DNA of 64,000 bases from an uncultured Christensenellaceae bacterium (GCA_910586905.1 CAJUIV010000001.1:61081-125080), one strand, 5' to 3'. Shown: positions 1 to 8,890, counted from the stretch's first letter. The notes: generated by a model not told the origin, from the letters alone. Made by a program: numbers and translations.

Positions 1-1900
1 AGATACCGATATCGATATCGAAAACATTATAAGCAATCTCGACGAATCGATGCAAAAAAACAAAACGTATTCGGACATTTTGCATTCCAAAGATATAAAC
101 GGCGAAGACCATCATACGCACTTGTACTGCACGCGTCTTGAGATGTCCGAGTGGTACTTAATATCAGTTATGGATAACGCCAAACTGGATACGGTTATAG
201 CGGCGCTAAGCGGACAGTGGACGCTTATGATAATTATGGCAATCGTAACGATAGTAGCGGTTCTGGCGGTTATATTCGTACTGTACTCGCACTACAACCG
301 TCAAAGCCTACTGCAGCTGCAGCAAGCCCGCGAAGAAGCCCTTGCCGCAAGCAAAGCGAAAAGCGAGTTTTTGTCAAATATGTCGCACGATATACGTACT
401 CCTATGAACGCAATCGTAGGTATGACCGCAATAGCTCGGGCTAACCTCGACAATCAGCAGCAAGTTCAGGACTGTCTTAAAAAGATTGCTCTGTCAAGCA
501 AACACTTGCTCGGGCTTATCAACGACGTTTTGGATATGTCCAAAATCGAAAGCGGAAAAATGACTTTGAACGTAGAACAAATTTCGCTGCGCGAAGTTAT
601 GGACGGTATCACGACCATAGTACAGCCGCAAATAAAAATCAAAAAGCAAAAGTTCAGCGTAGTTATCAAAAACGTCGAGCAGGAAAACGTTTATTGCGAC
701 AGCGTGCGCTTAAATCAAGTTTTGCTTAACCTGCTTTCCAACGCGATAAAATACACCCTTGAAGAAGGTTCTATCGAACTGTCGCTTAATCAAGAAGATT
801 CTCCTTTGGGAGCGGATTTCGTCCGTACGCATATCCGAGTTAAGGATACGGGAATAGGAATGTCGGAAGAATATCAGAAAAAGATTTTCGACTCTTTCTC
901 CCGCGAAGACAGCACGCGCGTCCACAAAACGGAAGGCACGGGACTGGGAATGTCCATAACCAAATATATAGTCAGCGCGATGAAAGGAACCATCGATTTG
1001 AAAAGCGAACTCGGCAAAGGCTCGGAATTCCACGTTACGCTCGACCTCGAAAGAGCTGTCGTACCCGAAGAAGAAATGATTTTGCCTTCGTGGAGAATGC
1101 TGATAGTAGACGACGACCAAGACTTGTGCGAAACAACCGTCGCCGCGTTGAACGATATAGGAATTGACGGCGAATTTACTCTCGACGGCGAATCGGCTGT
1201 CGAAAAAACCGTTGAAGCGCACAAACAGCGTAAAGACTACGACATCATCTTGCTCGACTGGAAACTGCCCGGAATCGACGGACTCGAAACCGCAAAACAA
1301 ATCCGTAAACGCCTCGGAGACGAAGAAATACCGATTTTGCTTATTTCCGCGTACGACTGGGCGGAAATCGAGGACGAAGCCAAAGCGGCAGGTATTTGCG
1401 GATTCATCAGCAAACCGCTGTTTAAATCCACTTTGTTCTACGGACTCAGACAGTTTGTAAACAACGGCGAACTCAGCCATACGGAACAAAAGACGCAGCC
1501 TCAAAAAGTCAATCTCGAAGGAACTCACGTACTGCTTGCGGAAGACAACGACCTCAACTGGGAAATTGCTGAAGCGCTTTTGGAAAGCGTGGGAATAACC
1601 TGCGACCACGCCGAAAACGGACAAATCTGCGCTGATATGCTTAAGCAGTCCAAACCGGGAACGTACAAAGCCGTGCTTATGGATATACGTATGCCGGTTA
1701 TGAACGGCTACGAGGCGACAAAAGAAATAAGAAATTGCGACCACCCCGACAAGGATTTGCCTATAATCGCAATGACTGCCGACGCGTTTGCGGACGATAT
1801 AAAAAAATGCATCGAATGCGGAATGAACGCTCACATCGCAAAACCGATAGACATCGATACCGTACAAAATACGTTGGCGAAGTTTATAAAAAATCAGTAA
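1..1900 (+). CDS. hybrid sensor histidine kinase / response regulator (5' end probably outside the window)
   Basis: The frame is open from base 2, so the listed ATG at 50 is probably internal. TM segment WTLMIIMAIVTIVAVLAVIFVLY; H-box SHDIRTPMNAI; HATPase motifs (DTGIGM, GTGLGM); two receiver domains (LIVDDD...LLDWKLPG and LLAEDNDLN...LMDIRMPVMNG). Confidence 0.85.
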   Translation, partial: DTDIDIENIISNLDESMQKNKTYSDILHSKDINGEDHHTHLYCTRLEMSEWYLISVMDNAKLDTVIAALSGQWTLMIIMAIVTIVAVLAVIFVLYSHYNRQSLLQLQQAREEALAASKAKSEFLSNMSHDIRTPMNAIVGMTAIARANLDNQQQVQDCLKKIALSSKHLLGLINDVLDMSKIESGKMTLNVEQISLREVMDGITTIVQPQIKIKKQKFSVVIKNVEQENVYCDSVRLNQVLLNLLSNAIKYTLEEGSIELSLNQEDSPLGADFVRTHIRVKDTGIGMSEEYQKKIFDSFSREDSTRVHKTEGTGLGMSITKYIVSAMKGTIDLKSELGKGSEFHVTLDLERAVVPEEEMILPSWRMLIVDDDQDLCETTVAALNDIGIDGEFTLDGESAVEKTVEAHKQRKDYDIILLDWKLPGIDGLETAKQIRKRLGDEEIPILLISAYDWAEIEDEAKAAGICGFISKPLFKSTLFYGLRQFVNNGELSHTEQKTQPQKVNLEGTHVLLAEDNDLNWEIAEALLESVGITCDHAENGQICADMLKQSKPGTYKAVLMDIRMPVMNGYEATKEIRNCDHPDKDLPIIAMTADAFADDIKKCIECGMNAHIAKPIDIDTVQNTLAKFIKNQ

Positions 1901-1908
1901 CAAGTACA

Positions 1909-1936
1909 AACCCGACGCAATCGCGTCGGGTTTTAA
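1909..1936 (+). terminator. rho-independent terminator after the kinase gene
   Basis: AACCCGACGC-aatc-GCGTCGGGTT followed by TTTAAAA. Confidence 0.65.
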
Positions 1937-2202
1937 AATATAAATAAGCGAAGATTACGCGGCAAAAAACGGAAGGAAAAGCTCCGGCGCCGATTTTTAT
2001 CTTTTGACAAATAAAAAACTGATATTACGCTTAACAATATCAATTCGACATCTATTTGTAAAACAGCCGAAAAACAGTCTGTTAAAGTCAATACAAAAAC
2101 TTGCAAATTAAAAATGCACTTCCAAACGTCTTTGACTCTTGGGGTGCATTTCAATTTTTAGCGTTTTTGTATTGTTATAATATACTTTACGCGTTTGCGT
2201 TT

Positions 2203-2766
2203 TTATCTCAGCAGTAAAGCGCCTATCGTATCGACGATTTCTTTGGAAATAGCCTCGTCGACGTCTATTTGCAAAACTTCCGTAGTGTCGGCGTCTTTTT
2301 TTATTTTGCCGCTTTTATAGGTGCTGTCGCCTATGCTGACCGCTTCTTCGCTCAGCCCCGACGTCCTTACCTTCAAGTAAAAAGAAGCGGTATTCTTTTG
2401 CTTTGCCATTATTACGAAAAAGATTACCGAAAGAACAGTAAACGCCGCCGAACCTACGAGAATAAAATACATTTTATAATTTATCGATAAAAATACGGCG
2501 GCGACCGCCAGCGCAATCATCAAAAGAGCCAAAATCAAATAAAGAGTTTTGTGTCCCTTTGTCATAGAATAACCGCTGGATACGCTCTGTATATTGCCAA
2601 GACTTATTTCCGTACGCGTTACGAATTGCGCTTCCTGCGAAGAACAAACCAAACGTTTGGTGGTAACGGTAACATTTTTTACGATATTTTTAGAATTGGA
2701 CTCGCGTTGTTTGCTGTAGTCCCAGCTTTTGACGATTCTTTCGCCGTCGCTTAATTTTAAAGCCAT
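2203..2766 (-). CDS. hypothetical membrane protein (soluble N-terminal domain, two TM helices, acidic C-terminal tail)
   Basis: ORF 2203-2808. I prefer the internal ATG at 2766 (MALKLSDGE...) because AGGAGG lies 7 nt upstream. Hydrophobic stretches LYLILALLMIALAVAAVFL and FILVGSAAFTVLSVIFFVIM. Confidence 0.5.
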   Translation of the reverse strand: MALKLSDGERIVKSWDYSKQRESNSKNIVKNVTVTTKRLVCSSQEAQFVTRTEISLGNIQSVSSGYSMTKGHKTLYLILALLMIALAVAAVFLSINYKMYFILVGSAAFTVLSVIFFVIMAKQKNTASFYLKVRTSGLSEEAVSIGDSTYKSGKIKKDADTTEVLQIDVDEAISKEIVDTIGALLLR

Positions 2767-2785
2767 AAAACCGCCCTCCTTTAGT

Positions 2786-3265
2786 TTACGCAAACACTTT
2801 GTCGGCAAAGTCCTTAAATTCCGAAAGGGTCATATTACCTTCCGCAAGCGACTTAAATTTGTCGTTATACGTATCTATCATTTTGCAGGATAAGTTTATC
2901 ATATAATGGCACGTTTTTTCGCTGATCAAGCTTTCCATAAACGGCACCACCATTTTGAACGCAGTATATCCGTCGGTTAAATCCATTTCGAAACTTCCGT
3001 TTAACATAGACCAATTAGCCATTATTATGGCTTTGGCAATATCGTCTATACGTTCGGAAGGAATTTTGAAAGGCATACCCGATTTCAGATACATAACCGA
3101 ACGTTCCGCGTCCACCTTGATATACAGTTTCATCGTCAAATCTTTGCCGACGGCAGAAGTACGAACGACCAGTTTATCCTCTTCCTTGTCGTAGCGCCAT
3201 TTCATATTGTCGAGCGTTGCGCATAGCGTATTGTACGTCGATTGCGCTTCCATTTCCTTGCTCAC
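2786..3265 (-). CDS. YbjN-like (type III secretion chaperone-like fold) cytoplasmic protein
   Basis: 159 aa. The layout and residue pattern resemble the YbjN / putative sensory transduction regulator family as I remember it. Lies 20 nt upstream of the membrane protein gene on the same strand. Confidence 0.4.
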   Translation of the reverse strand: MSKEMEAQSTYNTLCATLDNMKWRYDKEEDKLVVRTSAVGKDLTMKLYIKVDAERSVMYLKSGMPFKIPSERIDDIAKAIIMANWSMLNGSFEMDLTDGYTAFKMVVPFMESLISEKTCHYMINLSCKMIDTYNDKFKSLAEGNMTLSEFKDFADKVFA

Positions 3266-3525
3266 AGGTTCACCTCCGATAACTTAAGTACAGTGTAACA
3301 CACTTTACGCCGTTTTGCAATAGGTTTGACGTTTCAGCAAAACTTTAACGGCAACGTATATTTCCTTTTACAAAGACATAACGCCTATCTCATACCTTTA
3401 CCGCTTGCTCTAAACTCCGTTTTATGTTAAAATGTAAAACAAAAATGCCGCGCACGCTCACTGTTTTTCAACGCGATGCCGAAAAAAATAAAATTACGCG
3501 TCGGCGGCAATTCGGAACAAAACAA

Positions 3526-4380
3526 ATGAAAACGATAGAAAACAAAACTTTCGGCGAAGAACGCGCCTTATACAACTTAACGGACGCAAAAGTGCTGAAC
3601 TGTAAATTTCAAGGCGAAGAGGACGGCGAATCGGCGCTTAAAGAGTGCCGCGATTTTACCGTCGGTAATTGCGAATTTTACCTAAGATATCCTTTGTGGC
3701 ACGGCAAAAACTTTTCGGTAACGAACAGCTGCTTTACGGAAACCTGCCGCGCGGCAATGTGGTACGACAGCGGCGCCGAGTTTACCGACTGTAAATTTAA
3801 CGGAATAAAAGCGTTTAGAGAGTGCAACGACGTAACTCTCGAAAACTGCTCTGCAAACTCTCCCGAATTGGGTTGGAAATCTTGTGGTATTACTTTAAAA
3901 GGCGGAACGTACGTATCGGAATACTTTATGTTCGATTCGCGCGGCGTTACGGTAAGCAATATAGAATTTATAGGCAAATACTCTTTCCAGTATACGCAAG
4001 ACGTTGAAATACGCGACAGCGTACTGGATACCAAAGACGCGTTTTGGCACGCAAACAACGTAACGGTAAAAAACTGCGTCGTAAAAGGCGAATATTTGGG
4101 ATGGTATTCGCAAAATCTAACGCTCATAAACTGCAAAATAATCGGCACGCAGCCGCTGTGCTACTGCAAAAACTTAACGCTTGTAAACTGCACTACGGAA
4201 AACTGCGATTTGGCTTTCGAATACTCCGACGTAAACGCGGAAATAATCGGAAGCATCCTTTCCGTAAAAAATCCCGTGTCAGGGCAAATCACCGCGGACG
4301 AAATCGGCGAGACGATACTTGAAAACTCCGTACAATCGACAAACTGCAAAATACTTATCCGCAAAAACCCGCAAAAATAA
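3526..4380 (+). CDS. DUF3737-family beta-helix repeat protein
   Basis: MKTIENKTFGEERALYNL... followed by repeated N-C-x-F/V motifs, RYPLWH, AAMWY, KDAFWHA and GTQPLCYC, as in DUF3737 proteins. The ORF-track start at 3424 adds a basic leader not typical of the family, so the ATG at 3526 is preferred. Confidence 0.65.
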   Translation: MKTIENKTFGEERALYNLTDAKVLNCKFQGEEDGESALKECRDFTVGNCEFYLRYPLWHGKNFSVTNSCFTETCRAAMWYDSGAEFTDCKFNGIKAFRECNDVTLENCSANSPELGWKSCGITLKGGTYVSEYFMFDSRGVTVSNIEFIGKYSFQYTQDVEIRDSVLDTKDAFWHANNVTVKNCVVKGEYLGWYSQNLTLINCKIIGTQPLCYCKNLTLVNCTTENCDLAFEYSDVNAEIIGSILSVKNPVSGQITADEIGETILENSVQSTNCKILIRKNPQK

Positions 4381-4470
4381 CGGGCGCAAAATGAAAAAAC
4401 AAAACCTCAAAATAAAAAATCTCCGTTTGGGAATACTTTACGTAAAGTACTTAAACGGAGATTTGATTTT

Positions 4471-4617
4471 ATGAAATGTTATTCCTGCAACAACGATATA
4501 GACGTCAATAACTACTGCGTATGCACCAAGTGCCGCAAACGGTCCTGCCCGTCCTGCGCCGAAAAAAACGCGTACGTCTGCTCGGAATGCGGAGGAGATA
4601 TGGCGTATCTTTCCTAA
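4471..4617 (+). CDS. 48-aa cysteine-rich zinc-ribbon-like small protein (below the ORF-track cutoff)
   Basis: My own translation: MKCYSCNNDIDVNNYCVCTKCRKRSCPSCAEKNAYVCSECGGDMAYLS. It has nine Cys arranged as CxxC / CxCxxC / CxxC / CxxC. GGAG lies 8 nt upstream of the ATG. The stop is 3 nt from the convergent murC stop. Confidence 0.4.
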   Translation: MKCYSCNNDIDVNNYCVCTKCRKRSCPSCAEKNAYVCSECGGDMAYLS

Positions 4618-4620
4618 CCG

Positions 4621-5943
4621 TTAAACCGTAATAAAACTATCGGCAATACCGACGATATCCCCCGCGCCGACGACTAAAAGCAAATCGTTTTTGCGTACGA
4701 TACCGAGAGCAATATTTTTAGCTTGGTCAAAACTGTCGGCATACATCGCGTTTACGCCGAGTTCACGCGCGCGCTTTGCAAGAGCAAACGAGTTTATTCC
4801 GTCAATCGGCGTTTCGCGCGCGGAATATACGGGAAGATATATAACGGTATCCGCTTGGCGGAAGCACGTTGCGAATCTGTCGAAAAACGCCTGCGTACGC
4901 GAATAAGTATGCGGCTGAAACAGACATATAACTTTGCCGTCGGCAACGCTCTTTGCGGCGGCTAGCGAACACTCTATTTCCGTAGGGTGATGAGCATAGT
5001 CGCGCACTATTTTGCAAACCCCGTCGCTTTCCGTCCAGCGTCTGTCTACCCCGTCGAATTCCGAAAGAGCCTCGATAGCCTTGTTTACCGGCAAATTCAA
5101 AACGTCCGCAACGGCAAAAGCCGCAAGCGCGTTGCACGCGTTGTGAACGCCCAATACTTTTAATCTTAGCGGGTAAGTTTTGCTATTGCGCGTTTTTACG
5201 GAAAAAACCGGCTTGCCCATTTCCAGCCGTAAGTCGCCAAGAGCGTCGCAGTCGTAAAACACGCGGGTTTTGTCCGTTTTTAAAAATTCCAAATGCTGCG
5301 GCAGCACCACGTAGCCGTCTTTGTCGGTGTTGTTTATAAACCGCTCGAAAGCGTTTAAAACGTCTTGCTCATTCCTGTAACAATCGGGATGGTCGTACTC
5401 CGCATTGACGCAAACGCAAACGGACGGGTTGAGATTCAAAAAGCTGCGGTTAAACTCGCACGCTTCCGCCACTATGACGTCTTTGCCGAAATAGTAGTTG
5501 TTACCGTGATATACTCCGCCTATAAGCGCCGTGTGGCTTACTCCGCATGTTTCAAGAATTTGGTGTATCATCGCCGTAACGGTCGTTTTTCCGTGAGTGC
5601 CGCAAACGGCGATACGCGTTTTAAAACCGTTGAATATCGCGCCCAAAAGCTGTTCGCGCAAGACGACGGGTACGTTTTCTTTTAACGCCCGCTTAACTTC
5701 CGCGTTGTCGTCGTGTACGGCGGACGTGCGTACGACAAGCTCGGCATCGCCTACGTTTTGTTCGCTATGCCCTATAAAAACCGAAACGCCCTCCTTAACA
5801 AGGGCTTCCGTTCGGTCGCTTTTTATTTTGTCGCTGCCGGTTACTTTGTAGCCGGAATTATGTAAGTACTGCGCAAGCGCGCTCATACCGATACCGCCCA
5901 CGCCCACAAAATGCACGCGGCGGGGAATATCTTGCATTTTCAT
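4621..5943 (-). CDS. murC: UDP-N-acetylmuramate--L-alanine ligase
   Basis: VGVGGIGMSALAQYL Rossmann-type N-terminus, GTHGKTT P-loop, Mur ligase length and architecture. Confidence 0.95.
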   Translation of the reverse strand: MKMQDIPRRVHFVGVGGIGMSALAQYLHNSGYKVTGSDKIKSDRTEALVKEGVSVFIGHSEQNVGDAELVVRTSAVHDDNAEVKRALKENVPVVLREQLLGAIFNGFKTRIAVCGTHGKTTVTAMIHQILETCGVSHTALIGGVYHGNNYYFGKDVIVAEACEFNRSFLNLNPSVCVCVNAEYDHPDCYRNEQDVLNAFERFINNTDKDGYVVLPQHLEFLKTDKTRVFYDCDALGDLRLEMGKPVFSVKTRNSKTYPLRLKVLGVHNACNALAAFAVADVLNLPVNKAIEALSEFDGVDRRWTESDGVCKIVRDYAHHPTEIECSLAAAKSVADGKVICLFQPHTYSRTQAFFDRFATCFRQADTVIYLPVYSARETPIDGINSFALAKRARELGVNAMYADSFDQAKNIALGIVRKNDLLLVVGAGDIVGIADSFITV

Positions 5944-6005
5944 ATTGTAATATATGAAACGCTTTTATAAAAAGTGAACGCGCTTATATTCACAAAAGAA
6001 ATATT

Positions 6006-6494
6006 TTATTCGAACGGATCGTCGTATTTCGGAATTTTATCCTGTACCAAATTATTATAAATGTTTATTTCCATTTTACCGCTTTCTAAAGCAAATCTAT
6101 AATATTTTCCCAAAGATTTACTTAAAGGACATCTTAAATAAAAAATTGTTTTGTCTGAACGGCGTATCATTGTTTCTATTGAATAATTTTCACTTACTTC
6201 TTTTACTTCGCAATAACTCGGAAAAATACAAATAGCATCGCACAATTCGCTTAAAATATCTTTATTTATTTTTTTAAAATCAGGTATAACCATTACTAAT
6301 TTAATAGGCAGACGCGTGCTCATTTTTACTTCACAAACGCAATCTCTCACTATTTCATCAAATTTATTTCTTTTACCGCACAGGACTGTAACTTCGTCCC
6401 TCATTGTATAAGCGCCCAAATACCATTTTATTCTATCTTTCAAAGATTCCTCACTACAACAAATAGTATCTTGTCCAATAAACGATATTACCAT
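6006..6494 (-). CDS. SLOG-like (DUF1273/YpsA-type topology) hypothetical protein
   Basis: 162 aa in a visibly AT-rich gene. Alternating beta-alpha pattern: ISFIG..., VLCGKRNKFDEIV, IKLVMVIPDF, CDAICIFPS, RRSDKTIFYL, YYRFALESGKMEINIY. This is reminiscent of YpsA/DUF1273 SLOG proteins, but the glycine motifs are degenerate. Confidence 0.3.
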   Translation of the reverse strand: MVISFIGQDTICCSEESLKDRIKWYLGAYTMRDEVTVLCGKRNKFDEIVRDCVCEVKMSTRLPIKLVMVIPDFKKINKDILSELCDAICIFPSYCEVKEVSENYSIETMIRRSDKTIFYLRCPLSKSLGKYYRFALESGKMEINIYNNLVQDKIPKYDDPFE

Positions 6495-6616
6495 TTTTTA
6501 CTCCCATATATTAAGTTTTTGCCCAACTATCAAATTATGTAGATTTATCTTCGTATAACAACTGTGGACGACGGATAAACTGTATGTAGACTAATCTACC
6601 TATGGAGATAAAAAAA

Positions 6617-6862
6617 ATGACCGTCGCACGAGCTGTCGCAATTAGAACTTTAAATTTACTAAAAGATAAAAATATGACTCAATATCAACTGGAAAAGTTA
6701 ACGGGGATTCAACACGGAACAATGCAATGCATTATGAACGGAAGAACCAAAAGTATATACTTAACAACCGTAATGCTTATTTCCAAAGGTTTCTCAATGT
6801 CCGTTTTGGAATTTTTGGACGACGAAATATTCCGTTCGGAAAATTTGGAATTGGAATATTGA
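6617..6862 (+). CDS. XRE-family helix-turn-helix transcriptional regulator
   Basis: NMTQYQLEKLTGIQHGTMQCIMNGRTKSIYLTTVMLISKGFSMSVLEF is a classic HTH_3 pattern. The ATG at 6617 is preferred over 6602 because GGAG (6605-6608) sits 8 nt upstream. Confidence 0.75.
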   Translation: MTVARAVAIRTLNLLKDKNMTQYQLEKLTGIQHGTMQCIMNGRTKSIYLTTVMLISKGFSMSVLEFLDDEIFRSENLELEY

Positions 6863-6877
6863 TATTCAAATTTTATT

Positions 6878-6948
6878 TTGACATCTAGTAAATGTCAATA
6901 TTCTTATTATAAACATTATAGTTAATTTTGACAAGCATAAAATGTCAA
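6878..6948. promoter_or_regulatory. two palindromic operator-like sites, TTGACA-N9-TGTCAA, 50 bp apart
   Basis: Site 1 at 6878-6898 (TTGACATCTAGTAAATGTCAA) and site 2 at 6928-6948 (TTGACAAGCATAAAATGTCAA). Both lie just upstream of the second XRE gene. Confidence 0.5.
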
Positions 6949-6960
6949 AAGGATAAAAGA

Positions 6961-7212
6961 ATGTTTAAAAACAAAGCGAAAAACAATACGAATAACGTTT
7001 GCGGCAGAAATATTTACGAATTGCGAACGCGTGCGGAGCCGAGGCTTTCTCAACGTATGCTGGCGGAAAAGCTGCAGCTACACGGAATAGACGTGGACAA
7101 AAACGCCGTTCAGCGCATAGAAAGCGGCAAACGTTTTGTAACGGACGTGGAACTTAAAGCGTTATCGCAAATCTTCAACGTTACCTGCGACGACTTGTTA
7201 AAAGAAGACTGA
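6961..7212 (+). CDS. XRE-family helix-turn-helix transcriptional regulator
   Basis: LSQRMLAEKLQLHGIDVDKNAVQRIESGKRFVTDVELKALSQIFNVTCDDLL. The ORF-track start at 6928 is a TTG inside operator site 2. The ATG at 6961 has AAGGA upstream. Confidence 0.75.
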   Translation: MFKNKAKNNTNNVCGRNIYELRTRAEPRLSQRMLAEKLQLHGIDVDKNAVQRIESGKRFVTDVELKALSQIFNVTCDDLLKED

Positions 7213-7235
7213 CTCGCAACTTAAACAAAACAAAA

Positions 7236-7272
7236 AAGGGAACAAACGGTTTTGTTCCCTTTATATTTTTTG
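7236..7272. terminator. bidirectional terminator between the XRE gene and rpmE
   Basis: AAGGGAACAAA-cgg-TTTTGTTCCCTT, with an A-run on one side and a T-run on the other. Confidence 0.7.
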
Positions 7273-7275
7273 TTA

Positions 7276-7482
7276 TTATTGAAGCCCGTACTTTTTCTTG
7301 AACTTATCAACGCGTCCGCCTGCGTCTACAAGCTTTTGTTTACCTGTAAAGTAAGGGTGGCATTTGTTGCAGATTTCTACCTTTATCGTGTCGGTATCCT
7401 TGGTCGTACCGGTCTTAAAGGTTGCGCCGCAAGCACATACAACAGTCGCTTCGTGATAATTCGGATGTATACCTTGTTTCAT
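7276..7482 (-). CDS. rpmE: 50S ribosomal protein L31
   Basis: [19 protein letters not shown]...[13 protein letters not shown]...[11 protein letters not shown] is the canonical L31 sequence. Confidence 0.95.
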   Translation of the reverse strand: MKQGIHPNYHEATVVCACGATFKTGTTKDTDTIKVEICNKCHPYFTGKQKLVDAGGRVDKFKKKYGLQ

Positions 7483-7538
7483 TTCGCTTTACCTCGCTTA
7501 TTATATTTTAGGGGACAAACCCCTATTCGTGCTTGTAC

Positions 7539-7567
7539 ATTGTACTACCGCAACGACGTTTAGTCAA
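7539..7567 (-). promoter_or_regulatory. sigma-A type promoter for rpmE
   Basis: Minus strand: TTGACT, 17 nt, TACAAT. Followed by a short AGGGG/CCCCT hairpin and a GAGG Shine-Dalgarno. Confidence 0.5.
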
Positions 7568-7580
7568 GCATTTTTTTGCG

Positions 7581-8630
7581 TTACCCCAAAGGATTGACGG
7601 GAATAAACACGTTGGCGTTGTCTCCGCCCATAACGGTAGGCAGTTTGCCGTCCCATACTTCCAAATACTCGACGTATCTTAAATAGTCGGAAATAACCTT
7701 GATTTCGGCTTCGGTTTTACCGGTAAAGTCGATATCGTAGTTGGTTCCGTCATCGGTTACGGTTTCGGTTATCGTAAAGCCGAGCATACGAGCGATTTCC
7801 ACGGATTTCAGTTTGATAGCGTTAGCCTCCGCCTGAGCTTTTACCTGAACGGCTTTCGCGTCGCCTTCCGCTTTTGCAATGTTGGCTTCCGCCGTAAGCT
7901 TAGCCACTTCCAATTCCTTTTCCGCTTCGATTATAGCCTTTTTCTTCTCGAATTCCGCTTTTAATTGCTGTTGCTCGGCAATCATCTTGTCTTCAACGGT
8001 GGCTTCGAAAGCGTCGGAAAAGTCGATATTGGTAATTACCACCGCAACGATATCCACACAGTAACCTTCGGTAACCGTATTTTTTATTTCCGTTTCGATT
8101 GCGGGGCTGACGGTCGCGCGCGTTTCGATAATGGTCATTGCCGACTTTTGCGACAGCACCGTCTTGGCTTTGTCTATTGCAACCTTGTTGATAAGTCTGT
8201 TAAGCTTGTCAAGTCCGTTGTAATTGTTGGCAATTTCCACAGCCTTGTCCGCTTGTATTTGATACTGCACAACAAGATTAACATCCATCGCCTGCGCGTC
8301 GGACGAATAGCACATCGTGTCGATTTCTTCCTGCTGAACGGTAGTATCGTACATATCGTACTGTTTGGAAACCCAAAAATCGAAGTACGTACCGGACGTG
8401 CGGTTATATGCCGCTTTACCCCACACTTTTACCACGCCGACTTGTCCCGGCTGCACGGTGTGTATACTGAACGGTACCGTTATAAACAGTGCGAAACATA
8501 CGCACGCAGTTACGACGCAAGTGATAAAAAGTTTTTTGTTCTGACGTTTTCTGGTGCGGAAAATAACCGCCCCGGCAATACAGCCGGCAATAGCCAAAAC
8601 CAAAATTACCGCTAAAATTGTTCCAATCAT
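7581..8630 (-). CDS. SPFH/band-7 (prohibitin/HflC-like) membrane protein
   Basis: N-terminal TM helices, then VQPGQVGVVKVWGK... SPFH core and an Ala/Glu/Lys-rich coiled-coil (AEQQQLKAEFEKKKAIIEAEKELEVAKL...). AAAGGAGAA Shine-Dalgarno upstream. Confidence 0.85.
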   Translation of the reverse strand: MIGTILAVILVLAIAGCIAGAVIFRTRKRQNKKLFITCVVTACVCFALFITVPFSIHTVQPGQVGVVKVWGKAAYNRTSGTYFDFWVSKQYDMYDTTVQQEEIDTMCYSSDAQAMDVNLVVQYQIQADKAVEIANNYNGLDKLNRLINKVAIDKAKTVLSQKSAMTIIETRATVSPAIETEIKNTVTEGYCVDIVAVVITNIDFSDAFEATVEDKMIAEQQQLKAEFEKKKAIIEAEKELEVAKLTAEANIAKAEGDAKAVQVKAQAEANAIKLKSVEIARMLGFTITETVTDDGTNYDIDFTGKTEAEIKVISDYLRYVEYLEVWDGKLPTVMGGDNANVFIPVNPLG

Positions 8631-8740
8631 AATAATTCTCCTTTGTAACCTTACGTTACCTTTTATAAATTTATATTACAAAACAATCGGTTTTACGCCC
8701 TATTCGACCGTACTTTAATTTTGCGCGCGCCTCTAATAAA

Positions 8741-8885
8741 CAAAAAAACTCATATGACCAAATCGCATGAGTCTCATTTTTTAATCTCTCCCGAATTTGC
8801 CGCGAGGCAAATTGTCTTGACGGGCGTGAGCAGCGTTTAAGCCAATTACTCCCTCATATTGCTAAGCGTTCACTTTCGCTTTGCA
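8741..8885 (-). ncRNA. candidate structured 5' leader or small RNA (unclassified) ending in an intrinsic terminator
   Basis: Starts just downstream of a consensus promoter. Hairpins UUGCAAAGCG-aaagugaa-CGCUUAGCAA and AAUUUGCC-ucgc-GGCAAAUU. Terminal hairpin ACUCAU...AUGAGU followed by U7 (8742-8782). Lies 110 nt upstream of the SPFH start codon. Confidence 0.4.
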
Positions 8886-8890
8886 ATTAT

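Noticed and set aside
710-1909. 399-aa minus-strand ORF covering most of the histidine kinase gene. Similar long antisense ORFs occur at 7965-8615, 28431-29015, 38344-39087, 42223-42786 and 51439-52131.
   Set aside because: They lie entirely antisense to genes with strong family motifs. Their translations are low-complexity and Arg/Phe/Val-rich with no recognisable motifs, which is typical of shadow ORFs.
7252-7563. 103-aa plus-strand ORF spanning the rpmE locus.
   Set aside because: It is antisense to the unmistakable L31 gene and runs through its terminator and promoter. The translation is hydrophobic and low-complexity.
8741-8885. Possible identification of the SPFH leader as a yybP-ykoY (Mn2+) riboswitch, because of GGGAGUA and GUCAAGACA strings.
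   Set aside because: Only two short strings resemble the conserved loops. I could not reconstruct the expected four-helix architecture and remaining conserved positions, and the downstream gene is not a metal transporter. Kept only as an unclassified structured RNA.
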